A DNA stretch of 64,000 nucleotides. Source: Myxococcota bacterium (GTDB taxonomy: Bacteria; Myxococcota_A; UBA9042; PHBI01; JAWLBL01). Where the stretch lies: NCBI GenBank assembly GCA_041687695.1, contig JAWLBL010000005.1:68382-132381 (forward strand), in the 5' to 3' direction. Under the pieces are notes generated by a model. It had not been told where the DNA came from, did not search any database, and saw only the letters and a list, made by a program, of their open reading frames with translations. Shown here in pieces: positions 9,249-20,996 of the stretch; position 1 is the stretch's first letter; every line of letters starts with the position of its first letter. Both the position numbers and the translations under genes were made by a program.

Positions 9249-10628
9249 ATGCCCACCGAAGATTTCCTGTCGAGCCTGCTCGATGAAGAGCTGACCAAGT
9301 CGATCCAGGTCATCGACAAGCTCGAGGTGACCCAGACGGCCAAGCAGCAGCTCCTGGGGCTCCTCATCCTGGACAAGCTGGGGCAGACCAAGCGGGTGTT
9401 CGCCTATGGCGAGCCGTTCGCCGCGGCCGAGCCGGCCTGCGCGCCCGAGTTCCAGCGCAGCTTCGAGCACGTCGACTGGGTCGACGGCGAGAGCGTGGTG
9501 CAGGCGGAGCAGACGCCCGGCGAGCTGGGCTTCAACCAGCGCTTCCACCGCATCGAGGACGACCTGGACGGCCTCGGCAAGGACGTGGCCAAGGCCTTCG
9601 CGTGCCTGGCCAGCCTGCGGCAGGAGGTGGCTGCGCGGCTCGAGGACCTCAGCCGAGCGCTGAACCTGGTCCACGGCGACATCCACCAGTGTTGCCACGC
9701 GAGCGCGCAGCCCGCGAGCGGCGGCACGGCCCAGGTCCTGCCGGCGCAGGGGTGGGGAGCGCTGAACCCGGCGCTCATCGCGGCGGCCGCAGGGTGGCAG
9801 ACCGGCGCGCCCGCCGGGCCGGCGCCCGCGCCCATCTTCCTGATGCCCGGCCAGCTCGCCTACGCGGGCGGCCAGCCCTGGATGTGGATGACCGGCCCCG
9901 GCGCCGGACCGCCCACTACCAGCGACCCGGCGCCCGTCGATCCGACGAAGCTGGCCCCGGGGGCCCGCGCGGCGGTCGGCGGGTTCGAGGCCACCTACGT
10001 GGGCGTCGAGGCGATGGCCGGCCGCTGGATGCACGTCTTCGCGAGCGACTTCGGGTTGCTGCTCAAGGCGGTCGAGGGCGAGGCGCCCACGGGCGAGGTC
10101 CGCTATCGGGACGCCGCGCTCGAGGACGTGGCGGCGGTGGCGAGGTGGGCCGCGAGCAACGAGCGTTTGGTCGCGCGCGCCTTCCCGGACGGCGGGGTGA
10201 CGGCCGAGGGCCTGCTCGCGCGCTTCGGCGACGCCGACGTGGGCGGCGGCCGCACCCTGGCCGAGGCCATGGCGGGCGTCCCGGCGGCGACGCGCTTCGA
10301 GGACGCCGGGGCCATCGGCGCGGAGGTCGCCGCCATCAAGGGCCAGGCGTTGCGCGCGAGCGGGCGCCGGTCGGCGGCGTTGGTCGGCGCGCTGGGGATG
10401 GAGGCGGCCGGAGCGCGTGCCGGGGCGTTGCCGCTGGGCCGCTTCGCGTGGATGCCCGACGAGGCGCGGCAGGTGCTGACGAAGGCCGGGCTGGGGACGA
10501 TCGCTGCGCTGGCGTCGGCGCCGACCAAGCAGCTGCTGGCGACGCTGAAGGCGGCCGGGGTCACGGCGGCCGCGGACGAGGTCGAGGCCTGGAAGGCGGT
10601 CGCGGGCGCGATCGGACAGGGCCAGTGA
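9249..10628 (+). CDS. Hypothetical tail-associated protein (fibre position): coiled-coil N-terminus, Pro/Ala linker, C-terminal HhH/DUF4332-like segment
   Basis: ATG at 9249 after GAGAGAGG. DWVDGESVVQAE...GFNQRFHRIEDDL is followed by heptads. The C-terminus reads VLTKAGLGTIAALASA...EVEAWKAVA. Confidence 0.5.
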   Translation: MPTEDFLSSLLDEELTKSIQVIDKLEVTQTAKQQLLGLLILDKLGQTKRVFAYGEPFAAAEPACAPEFQRSFEHVDWVDGESVVQAEQTPGELGFNQRFHRIEDDLDGLGKDVAKAFACLASLRQEVAARLEDLSRALNLVHGDIHQCCHASAQPASGGTAQVLPAQGWGALNPALIAAAAGWQTGAPAGPAPAPIFLMPGQLAYAGGQPWMWMTGPGAGPPTTSDPAPVDPTKLAPGARAAVGGFEATYVGVEAMAGRWMHVFASDFGLLLKAVEGEAPTGEVRYRDAALEDVAAVARWAASNERLVARAFPDGGVTAEGLLARFGDADVGGGRTLAEAMAGVPAATRFEDAGAIGAEVAAIKGQALRASGRRSAALVGALGMEAAGARAGALPLGRFAWMPDEARQVLTKAGLGTIAALASAPTKQLLATLKAAGVTAAADEVEAWKAVAGAIGQGQ

Positions 10629-10629
10629 C

Positions 10630-10983
10630 GTGGCGCCGCGGGCGGTAGCCTGTGAGGGGGACGTCGCCGCGGTGGTCGGGGCGACGCCGCTGACGCCGGC
10701 CAAGTCGGGGACGTGGACGGCCGACCCGGTGCGCCACGGCCGCTACGAGCACGTGCGGGTCGGCGGGACGCCCGTCGTGGTCGAGGCGCGCTGCGTCTTC
10801 CGCTTCTCGGGGGCGGACGCGGACGGCAAGGCGGTCGTCGGCGATGAAGAGGTCGTGCTGACGGCCGGGGCGACCGTGTGGATGGGTAGTGCCGAGGGCG
10901 TGCTGGCGCACGGGGACGCCGCGGCGAGCCCGCACGGCAACCGGCTGGAGGTGGTGAGCGCGCGGCCGGCGCGGACGGGCTGA
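10630..10983 (+). CDS. PAAR-like spike-tip protein (117 aa)
   Basis: Small beta-rich protein with AVACEGD...VRVGGTPVV...C.F...VLAHGD...HGN, the repeated V.vgG.PV/.GD pattern of PAAR-like folds. Last gene of the tail operon. Confidence 0.55.
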   Translation: MAPRAVACEGDVAAVVGATPLTPAKSGTWTADPVRHGRYEHVRVGGTPVVVEARCVFRFSGADADGKAVVGDEEVVLTAGATVWMGSAEGVLAHGDAAASPHGNRLEVVSARPARTG

Positions 10984-10999
10984 GCGGGAAGCCGGCGGG

Positions 11000-13084
11000 T
11001 CACAAGCCGAGGGTGAGGCCGGCCCAGGAGGCGTCGGGGTCGGGGGCGCCGTGGGCGAAGGTGGCGAAGGGGCTGAGGAACAGGCCCAGGCGCGCGGACA
11101 GGAGGAGGTCGAGGCGCAGGGTGGCGTCGGCCTGCAGGTGGGGGCCGGGCGGACGCCAGGTGGGCAGCAGGGTGGCGTCCAGGCGCAGGCGGTGGGCGCC
11201 GGTGAGCGGCAGGACCAGCTCGAGGCGGGGGCCGAGCGCGGCGTGGAGCCAGTCGTCCGGGCCGAGGTAGGAGGCGAGGCGCAGCTCGAGGCCGGCGGCG
11301 AGGAGGCCGCGGAAGTCGTCGCGCTCGGCCAGGGTCAGGTGGGCGCGGGCGCGGAGGTCGAGGCCGAAGAGGAGGCCGGCGGCCGGGAGGGTGGCGCCGC
11401 CGAGGGAGAAGCCGAGGCCGAGGTGGCGGGCGAGCCAGGCGTCGGTGGGGCGGCCCTGCAGGCCGAAGCGGTCGTGGGCGAGGAAGACGAAGCGGGAGCC
11501 CTCGAAGACGGGGCGGTCGCCGTCCCAGCGGACGCGGGTCTCGCTGACCAGGCCCTGGTGGCGGGCGTGGGCGCCGAGGCCGGCGGCGCGGCGCTCGGTG
11601 GTGTCCTCGTCGAGGACGGCGTGGCGCAGGGCCAGGCGCGGGTGGCCGGCCGGGGTGACGCCGGCGCGGACGGCGGCGCGGCGGGAGCCGCTGGGGAGCA
11701 GCTCGGGCTCGGGGAGCGGGGCGACGCGGGCGGTGGGGCGGATGGGGAGGGTCGCGCGGAGGTCGAGGGCGGCGTCCATGGCGACGGTGGAGGTGGCCTC
11801 GTCGAGGTCGGGGCCGGCGCGGAGGGCCTCGTTCTCTGCGTCGATGACGGCGTCGGCGTACTCGGCGAGGGCGGCGCGGGTCGGCGGGGGCAGGGAGGCC
11901 GAGGCGAGGGCGTCGCGGAGGGCGCCGAGGGCGGCGGCGCGGGCGGGCTCGGGGGCGGCGCGGCTGCCGTGGGCGGCGGCGAAGCCGGGGACGGCGGCGA
12001 GGCGGGGGGCGAGGCGGTCGCGGGTGCGTTCGGCCTGCCGGGACAGGGTGCGGCGCGAGGGGACCATGCCGCGCAGGCGCAGGCGGACGTGCTCGAGGAG
12101 ATCGCTGACCACCTCGTGCGGGTGGACGAGGAAGCGGGCCTGGCGGGGCAGCTCGGGGGCGACGGCGCGGACGGCGTCCCAGGTGAGGCGGGCGCAGTTG
12201 ACCGACAGGAAGCGGTAGGGGACCGACATGCCGCCGTGGCGCTGGGCGAAGAGCTGGGCCAGGAAGTCGCGGCGCTCGGCGGGGGTGAGGACGAGGTCGT
12301 AGACGATGAGGTCGCGCTGCTCGCCGATGGCGTAGCGCAGGACCATCTCGTGGTGCTGGCTCTCGATGACGGTGGCGTCGACCTGGCCGGTCAGGCCGCG
12401 CCAGACGGCGTCCTCGGCGGCGCCGGGGCGGTCGAGGTCGACGGCGTAGGAGTAGACGGGCTCGAAGGACTGGCCGGTGACGAAGGCGTCGCCCTTGTGG
12501 CGGATGCGCAGGAAGAGGTGGCCGAAGGAGGAGGCCGGGTGGGCCCAGGAGGGGGTGGCGAAGAGGAGCTCGACGCCGTCGACGCGGTCGAGCTGGGCCC
12601 AGGCGTCGAAGGCCGGGCAGCCGCCGGTGTCGAGGGCGAGGGGGCCGGGGACGAGGTCGCGGGCGGCGAGGAAGCGGGCGCGGAGCGGGAAGCGGCAGGA
12701 GAAGTCGGGTTCGGTGAAGGCGCGGGCGAGGGAGGCGCGGAGGTCGGCGGCGGGGTCGGCGCGGCCGGCGCGGGTGGGGTAGCGGCCGGGGGCGGCGTCG
12801 AGGGCGGGGGCGGCCGGGAGGGGGGAGTCGGTGGGGGGTTCCCAGCCCATGATGGCGAGCCAGGCGGGGTCGCGGCTGAGGTGGTGGCGGGCGTCGAGGC
12901 GGGCGGCGAGGGCGAGGAGGAGGGCGAGCTCGCGGGTGCGCGGGGGGCCGTCGGGGAGGGGCGGGAGGGGGTGGGCGACGGCGCGGAGGGGGGCGGGGAG
13001 GCGGCGCGGGGGGGCGGCGGCGGCCGGGGCGGCGGCGAGGAGGGCGAGCAGGGCCGCGAGGGCGGCGAGGAGGACGGGGGGCAT
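11000..13084 (-). CDS. DUF4105 (Lnb N-terminal-like) domain protein with signal peptide and probable C-terminal beta-barrel
   Basis: PASSFGHLFLRI and YRFLSVNCA are the His/Cys motifs of DUF4105; CRFPLRARFL upstream. Alternating beta-strands at the C-terminus. Confidence 0.75.
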   Translation of the reverse strand: MPPVLLAALAALLALLAAAPAAAAPPRRLPAPLRAVAHPLPPLPDGPPRTRELALLLALAARLDARHHLSRDPAWLAIMGWEPPTDSPLPAAPALDAAPGRYPTRAGRADPAADLRASLARAFTEPDFSCRFPLRARFLAARDLVPGPLALDTGGCPAFDAWAQLDRVDGVELLFATPSWAHPASSFGHLFLRIRHKGDAFVTGQSFEPVYSYAVDLDRPGAAEDAVWRGLTGQVDATVIESQHHEMVLRYAIGEQRDLIVYDLVLTPAERRDFLAQLFAQRHGGMSVPYRFLSVNCARLTWDAVRAVAPELPRQARFLVHPHEVVSDLLEHVRLRLRGMVPSRRTLSRQAERTRDRLAPRLAAVPGFAAAHGSRAAPEPARAAALGALRDALASASLPPPTRAALAEYADAVIDAENEALRAGPDLDEATSTVAMDAALDLRATLPIRPTARVAPLPEPELLPSGSRRAAVRAGVTPAGHPRLALRHAVLDEDTTERRAAGLGAHARHQGLVSETRVRWDGDRPVFEGSRFVFLAHDRFGLQGRPTDAWLARHLGLGFSLGGATLPAAGLLFGLDLRARAHLTLAERDDFRGLLAAGLELRLASYLGPDDWLHAALGPRLELVLPLTGAHRLRLDATLLPTWRPPGPHLQADATLRLDLLLSARLGLFLSPFATFAHGAPDPDASWAGLTLGL

Positions 13085-13087
13085 GGG

Positions 13088-13810
13088 TCAGAGGGCGGCG
13101 GAGGGGGCCGCGGGGACGAGCGGGGCGAGCTCGGGGTCGGCGCGGACGGCGGCGAGGAGGGCGGCGCCGAAGGCGCGGGTGTCGTCGAGGGTGACGTCGG
13201 CGCCGGACAGGGGCAGGAGGAGGGCCTCGCGGTGGGCGCGGAGGGCGCGGGCGACGGCCGGGAGGCGGGCTTCGGGCAGGCGCAGGGTCATGGCGACGTC
13301 GGAGACGAGCGGGCCGTCGCCGCGGCTGAGGTCGATGCGCAGGGCGCGGCGGTGGGCGGCGAGGTAGCGGCGGGCGCGCTCGATCTCGGCGCCGACCGGG
13401 GCGCCGACCTCGTCGCGGCGGGCGGTCAGGACGACGGCAGCGACGCCGAGGGCGGTGAGGCCGGTCAGGGTCGTGGACAGGACCAGGTTGGTGCCGTCCT
13501 CGCCGCTGGTGCCCTTGGAGCTCTCCTCGGAGGAGCCGGCGGTCGACTCGCGGCTGGAGTCCTTGGAGGAGTCGTCCGAGCGGGACGAGTCGCCGGAGCC
13601 CTTGGACGAGTCGGCCGAGCCCTTGGAGGAGTCACCGGAGCCCTTGGAGCTGTCGCCCGAGCCTTTGGAGCTGTCGCCCGAGCCCTTGGACGAGTCGCCG
13701 GAGCCCTTGGACGAGTCGCCCGACTGGCTCTGGGCGCCGCCGCAGGCCGGGGTCGCGGCGAGGAGCGCGCCGAGGGCGCAGATGGCGAGGCCGCGGGAGG
13801 GGAGTCGCAT
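13088..13810 (-). CDS. Ser/Gly-repeat lipoprotein with DUF3015-like C-terminal domain
   Basis: ATG at 13810 with GAGGAG upstream; signal ending ...ATPAC; SGDSSKG repeats. LRIDLSRGDGPLVSDVA resembles the DUF3015 motif. Confidence 0.6.
   Translation of the reverse strand: MRLPSRGLAICALGALLAATPACGGAQSQSGDSSKGSGDSSKGSGDSSKGSGDSSKGSGDSSKGSADSSKGSGDSSRSDDSSKDSSRESTAGSSEESSKGTSGEDGTNLVLSTTLTGLTALGVAAVVLTARRDEVGAPVGAEIERARRYLAAHRRALRIDLSRGDGPLVSDVAMTLRLPEARLPAVARALRAHREALLLPLSGADVTLDDTRAFGAALLAAVRADPELAPLVPAAPSAAL
13577..13723 (-). repeat. Intragenic 21-bp tandem repeat, 7 units encoding SGDSSKG-like heptapeptides
   Basis: GCCCTTGGACGAGTCGCC(C/G)GA-type units with synonymous variation. Confidence 0.9.
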
Positions 13811-13968
13811 GCCGTAGTACCTCCTCGGTGTGTGAATACACCCTATCCCGGCGATGGGCTGGGCGGAAGGCGGCGCTGGGTGAAATGTCACTGTCATGCG
13901 GCCGGTTGAGTTGCGGCCGCCGAGGGGCTAAACAGGGCCGCTCGACTCCTCATGGGTAGCCGCCGGAC

Positions 13969-14598
13969 TTGAAGCACGACGCCCCCCTCCCCTGCCCTCC
14001 CCCCGAACCGCTCGCCGTGACGGGCCGCGCCGGCCGCTGGCTGTGGGCGGCCTATGGGCTGCTGATGGCGCTGGGGCTGGCTGCATACGCGGCGGCGCCG
14101 CGGGTGACCGAGACGCCCGCGCGCGTCGGGACCCGGGCGGCGCCGGAGGCGGCGAACCTGGCGCACGTGGCGCAGGGGGCGCGCGTGGTGGCCAGCAGCT
14201 TCATGATGAACGCGCACCACCACCCGCTGTACCTCATCGACGGCGAGGCGCGGCCGTCGCCCATGGAGAAGTGGGTGGCGGCGGCGGACGACGCGGCGCC
14301 GTGGATCGAGGTGCGGCTGGCGCGGCGGGCGCGGCTCGAGGCGCTGGTGCTGGAGCTGGCGGGGGCCCACGGCGAGCCGGTGACGACGAACATGGCGAAC
14401 TACGAGGTCGCCTGCGTGGACGAGGGGCGGGTCGTGGCGAGCTTCGACGTAGTGGGCAACCTGGACGACCGGCCGCGGACCGCGCTGGGCGGCTGCGAGG
14501 CGGACGCGGTGCGCGTGCGGTTCTCGGTGGGGCCGGAGCGCACCCCGCAGGCGCTGGTGCGGGTGTTCGAAGCGCGCGTGCTGGGGGCGTGGCTGTGA
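13969..14598 (+). CDS. Membrane-anchored discoidin/F5-8 type C-like domain protein
   Basis: N-terminal TM segment; NLA...GARVVASS...LIDG...KW...PWIEVRL...VRVFEARVLG. Confidence 0.6.
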   Translation: MKHDAPLPCPPPEPLAVTGRAGRWLWAAYGLLMALGLAAYAAAPRVTETPARVGTRAAPEAANLAHVAQGARVVASSFMMNAHHHPLYLIDGEARPSPMEKWVAAADDAAPWIEVRLARRARLEALVLELAGAHGEPVTTNMANYEVACVDEGRVVASFDVVGNLDDRPRTALGGCEADAVRVRFSVGPERTPQALVRVFEARVLGAWL

Positions 14599-16076
14599 GC
14601 GTGGCGCCGACGACGCCGGTCGAGCCGCAGACGGGCGCGACGCCCACGCCGACGCCCGCGAAGGCGTCGCTGGGCCTGTGGCTGCTGGGGCTGATGGCCG
14701 CCGGGTTGGTGGTGCGCGCCTGGTACACGTCGCTTCAGGGCGGGCTGCACTACCCCGACGCCATCTTCCAGTACCTCGAGCCGCCCTGGGCGATGATGCA
14801 CGGCGACGGCTGGATGCCCTGGGAGTTCGTGCGCGGGGCGCGCAACTGGCTCATCCCGTGGCACTACGGGGCGCTGATGGGCCTTGGGGACCTCTTCGGG
14901 CTGCGCGGGTTGGACCTGTACCACCTCTTGTGGGCCCACAACGTCCTGCTGTCGCTGGCCATCATCCCGGCCGGCTACCGGCTGGGGCGCGCGATGGGGC
15001 GCGGGGACGGGCGGCTGGGCCTGCTGGTCGCCGGGGCCTTCGCGCTGTTCCCGACCTTCGGCGTGTTCGCGCCGCACACGCTCAGCGAGGGCCACGCCCT
15101 GGTCTTCACGACCTGGGCCTACGCGCTGTGGATGGAGCAGGTCGTCTGGCCCGGGGCGGCCGGCGGGCGGCGCCGCGCCTTCGCCATCGGTGTGTTGCTG
15201 GGCGGGGTGTTCATCGCGCGGGTGTCGCTGGCCGTGTTCCTGCCGCTGGTCTTGCTGGACTACCTGGGGCGGCGGCGCTGGGCGCACCTCGCGGCAGGCT
15301 CGGCCGGGTTCCTGGCGGCCATGGCGGTGCTGGGGCTGTCGGATTGGGTGGCGTGGGGGACGCCGTTCCAGTCCATCATCGAGTACGTGAAGTTCAACTG
15401 GGTCGAGGGCGGCGCGGCGCGGCTCGAGGTCAAGCCGCGGGGCTGGTACTGGGAGACGCTGTTCCTCGAGCGGCTGGGGGCGGCGACCTGGCTGGTGGTG
15501 GCGGCCAACGCGGCGGCGCTGTGGCGGCACTGGCGCATGGTGCTGGCGTGGGTGCTGCCGCTGGTGGCGCTGAGCGCGCTGGGCATCAAGCAGGAGCGCT
15601 TCCTGCTGACCATCTGGCCCTTCGTGCTGGCCGGGATGGTCGGCGGGCTGTGGGAGCTGTCGCGGTGGGTGCCGCGGGCGCGGTGGGCGCCGGCCGCGGT
15701 GGCCGTGGCGCTGGTCTGCGCGTTCAACGTGGCAGGGCTGCGGTCGATGGAGCAGCTGCGCTGGAAGGCTGGCGTGTTCGCGGCGCAGGACTGGATCGGC
15801 CGGCAGGGCACGGCGACCGGCGTCCTGCACGAGGCCGAGACCCACATCCACGGGGGCAAGACCCTGCTGGGCGAGGCCGTGCCGATGGTGCGCTACAGGT
15901 CGGCGCTGCGCGGTCACCGGCTGTTCAACTTCGTCATCGCCGAGTCCGAGCGGCTGACGAAGGGGCTCGGACGCGACCGCCACTGGCGACAGGCCGCGAC
16001 CTTCGAGCAGGGGGTCGTCGTCTTCGAGCGGGTCGACGGCTGGACGGCCAGAGCGCCGGACGCGCCGACGCCCTGA
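14595..16076 (+). CDS. GT-C fold glycosyltransferase (Alg9/PIG-B, GT22-like mannosyltransferase)
   Basis: GTGA-coupled start. HYPDAIFQYLEP...PWEF..GAR, HTLSE, KQERFL; many TM helices. Confidence 0.75.
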   Translation: MSVAPTTPVEPQTGATPTPTPAKASLGLWLLGLMAAGLVVRAWYTSLQGGLHYPDAIFQYLEPPWAMMHGDGWMPWEFVRGARNWLIPWHYGALMGLGDLFGLRGLDLYHLLWAHNVLLSLAIIPAGYRLGRAMGRGDGRLGLLVAGAFALFPTFGVFAPHTLSEGHALVFTTWAYALWMEQVVWPGAAGGRRRAFAIGVLLGGVFIARVSLAVFLPLVLLDYLGRRRWAHLAAGSAGFLAAMAVLGLSDWVAWGTPFQSIIEYVKFNWVEGGAARLEVKPRGWYWETLFLERLGAATWLVVAANAAALWRHWRMVLAWVLPLVALSALGIKQERFLLTIWPFVLAGMVGGLWELSRWVPRARWAPAAVAVALVCAFNVAGLRSMEQLRWKAGVFAAQDWIGRQGTATGVLHEAETHIHGGKTLLGEAVPMVRYRSALRGHRLFNFVIAESERLTKGLGRDRHWRQAATFEQGVVVFERVDGWTARAPDAPTP

Positions 16077-16089
16077 CCCGCCCCGCGCG

Positions 16090-16440
16090 TCAGCGCTCGC
16101 TGTCTCGGCCGGAGCGCCAGGCGCGCGGCATCTGCTGTCCCTCGGCGCCCTCGAGGCTGATGTTGCCGTCGGCCTCCGGGCCGTGGGCGTCGACCATGTC
16201 CATCTCCCAGATGCGCTCGGGCACCTCGGGATCCGGCGAGTCGGGCCCCTCGACCTCCTCGTCGTCCTGCGGCTGGAGGATGCGCTCCATGGCCTTGACG
16301 TAGGTGCTCTCGGCGTGGCCGTCCGCCTCCTCGAAGCGCAGCGGCTCCTCCTCGTCCGGCGACAGCTCGGGGCTCACCTCGCCCGGCTCGCGGATCTCGT
16401 CCTCGCCGCGCTGATGTCGGTCTCGCGTGGACTTCGCCAT
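16090..16440 (-). CDS. Small acidic hypothetical protein (116 aa)
   Basis: ATG at 16440 preceded by GGGAGGAG; Glu/Asp-rich; GC3-biased codons. Confidence 0.55.
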   Translation of the reverse strand: MAKSTRDRHQRGEDEIREPGEVSPELSPDEEEPLRFEEADGHAESTYVKAMERILQPQDDEEVEGPDSPDPEVPERIWEMDMVDAHGPEADGNISLEGAEGQQMPRAWRSGRDSER

Positions 16441-16553
16441 GGGGTGCTCCTCCCGTCGGGACGCCCTCGATGCTCGCGGGCGCGGCCGTCCCGCGCCGTC
16501 GCCCACGAGACAACGGTAAGGACCCGACGGGTGGGTTCCACGCAGCGGACCGG

Positions 16554-17789
16554 TCAGCGCTCGTTGGCGACGACGCGCACTCGAGCCGCCGCGGCCGTCG
16601 CCCGCTCGCGCGCCTCGCTGGGCGACTCGCCGTGGGTCACCACCACGCCCATGCGGCGACCTGGGCGGGTCGTCGGCTTGCCGAACAGGCGCACCTTGTT
16701 GCGCGGGTCCGTCAACGCCGCCTCGACGCCCTCGAAGGTCGGCGCCGCTCCCGCCCGGTCGGCCCGGATGACCGCCGACGCCCCCGGCCCGCGCAGGATG
16801 ACCCGCCCGATGGGCAGCCCCAGGATGGCCCGGACGTGCAGTTCGAACTCGCTCATGTCCTGCGTCGCCATCGTCACCATGCCGGTGTCGTGCGGGCGCG
16901 GGCTGACCTCGCTGAAGACGACGTCCTCGTGGCCCTCGGCGTCGCGCGTGATGAACAGCTCGACCCCGAACAGCCCCTCGCCGCCCAGCGCCCCGGTGAT
17001 GGCCTCGGCGATGGCCTCGGCGCGCGCCAGGGTCGCGCCCGACAGGATCTCGGGCTGCCAGGACTCGACGTAGTCGCCCTTTTCCTGGCGGTGGCCGATG
17101 GGCGGGCAGAACAGCGTGCCCTCGGCGCGGGTGCGCACGGTCAGCAGGGTGATCTCGGTCTCGAAGCGGACGAAGCCCTCGACGATGACGCGGCTCGCGC
17201 GGCCGCGCTTGCCGGACTGGGCGTACTCCCAGGCGCGCTGGACGTCCTCGGGGCCGTCGGCGGTCGACTGGCCCTTGCCCGAGCTGCTCATGACCGGCTT
17301 GACGATGCACGGAAAGCCCACCTCGGCGGCGGCCGTCCGGACGCCCTCGAGGCTGTCGGCGAAGCGGTAGGGGCTGGTCGGCAGGCCCAGCTCCTCGGCG
17401 GCGAGGCGGCGGATGCCCTCGCGGTCCATGGTGAGGCGCGCGGCGCGGGCGGTCGGGACCACCTTCCAGCCCTGGGCCTCGAGGGCGACCAGCTCGTCGG
17501 TGGCGATGGCCTCGATCTCGGGGACCACGAAGTGGGGGCGCTCGGCCTCGACGGCGGCGCGCAGGGCGGCGGGGTCCTGCATGTCGAAGACGCGGGCGCG
17601 GTGGGCGACCTGCATGGCCGGCGCGTGCTCGTAGCTGTCGCAGGCGATGACCTCGACGCCCAGGCGCATCGCCTCGAGGGCGACCTCGCGGCCCAGCTCG
17701 CCCGAGCCGAGCAGCATCAGGCGCGTGGCGTTGGGGGTGAGGGGCGTGCCGAAGGTGGACGGCGGCGGCGGCGGCGTGGGCTGGGCCAT
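16554..17789 (-). CDS. purT: Formate-dependent phosphoribosylglycinamide formyltransferase
   Basis: [56 protein letters not shown]. Confidence 0.97.
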   Translation of the reverse strand: MAQPTPPPPPSTFGTPLTPNATRLMLLGSGELGREVALEAMRLGVEVIACDSYEHAPAMQVAHRARVFDMQDPAALRAAVEAERPHFVVPEIEAIATDELVALEAQGWKVVPTARAARLTMDREGIRRLAAEELGLPTSPYRFADSLEGVRTAAAEVGFPCIVKPVMSSSGKGQSTADGPEDVQRAWEYAQSGKRGRASRVIVEGFVRFETEITLLTVRTRAEGTLFCPPIGHRQEKGDYVESWQPEILSGATLARAEAIAEAITGALGGEGLFGVELFITRDAEGHEDVVFSEVSPRPHDTGMVTMATQDMSEFELHVRAILGLPIGRVILRGPGASAVIRADRAGAAPTFEGVEAALTDPRNKVRLFGKPTTRPGRRMGVVVTHGESPSEARERATAAAARVRVVANER

Positions 17790-17844
17790 CGGGGTGCTCG
17801 GGGGTGCTGGAGGTTGGGAGGGGTGGGTCGAGGAGGCCGGAGGG

Positions 17845-20871
<3,027 letters not shown>

Positions 20872-20996
20872 GCCCGGCTCGAGTCCCTCCCCTGAAAGAC
20901 CTGGTTCCTACCCGAAGCGCCGAAATTTTGCAATTCGGCACACTTGGACGCGAACGCGCGCGCCGCCGCCCGCGCGCCGTCGTTCCCGCGAGGCGC

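Noticed and set aside
1..10983. Intact prophage or canonical T6SS
   Set aside because: No capsid, terminase, lysis, integrase or att site, and no TssJ/L/M, TssK or ClpV in the window. Cannot be fully excluded because the upstream part is missing.
11051..13909. 952 aa Gly/Glu/Ala-rich + strand ORF
   Set aside because: Antisense shadow of the DUF4105 and lipoprotein genes; its composition reflects reverse-strand codon bias.
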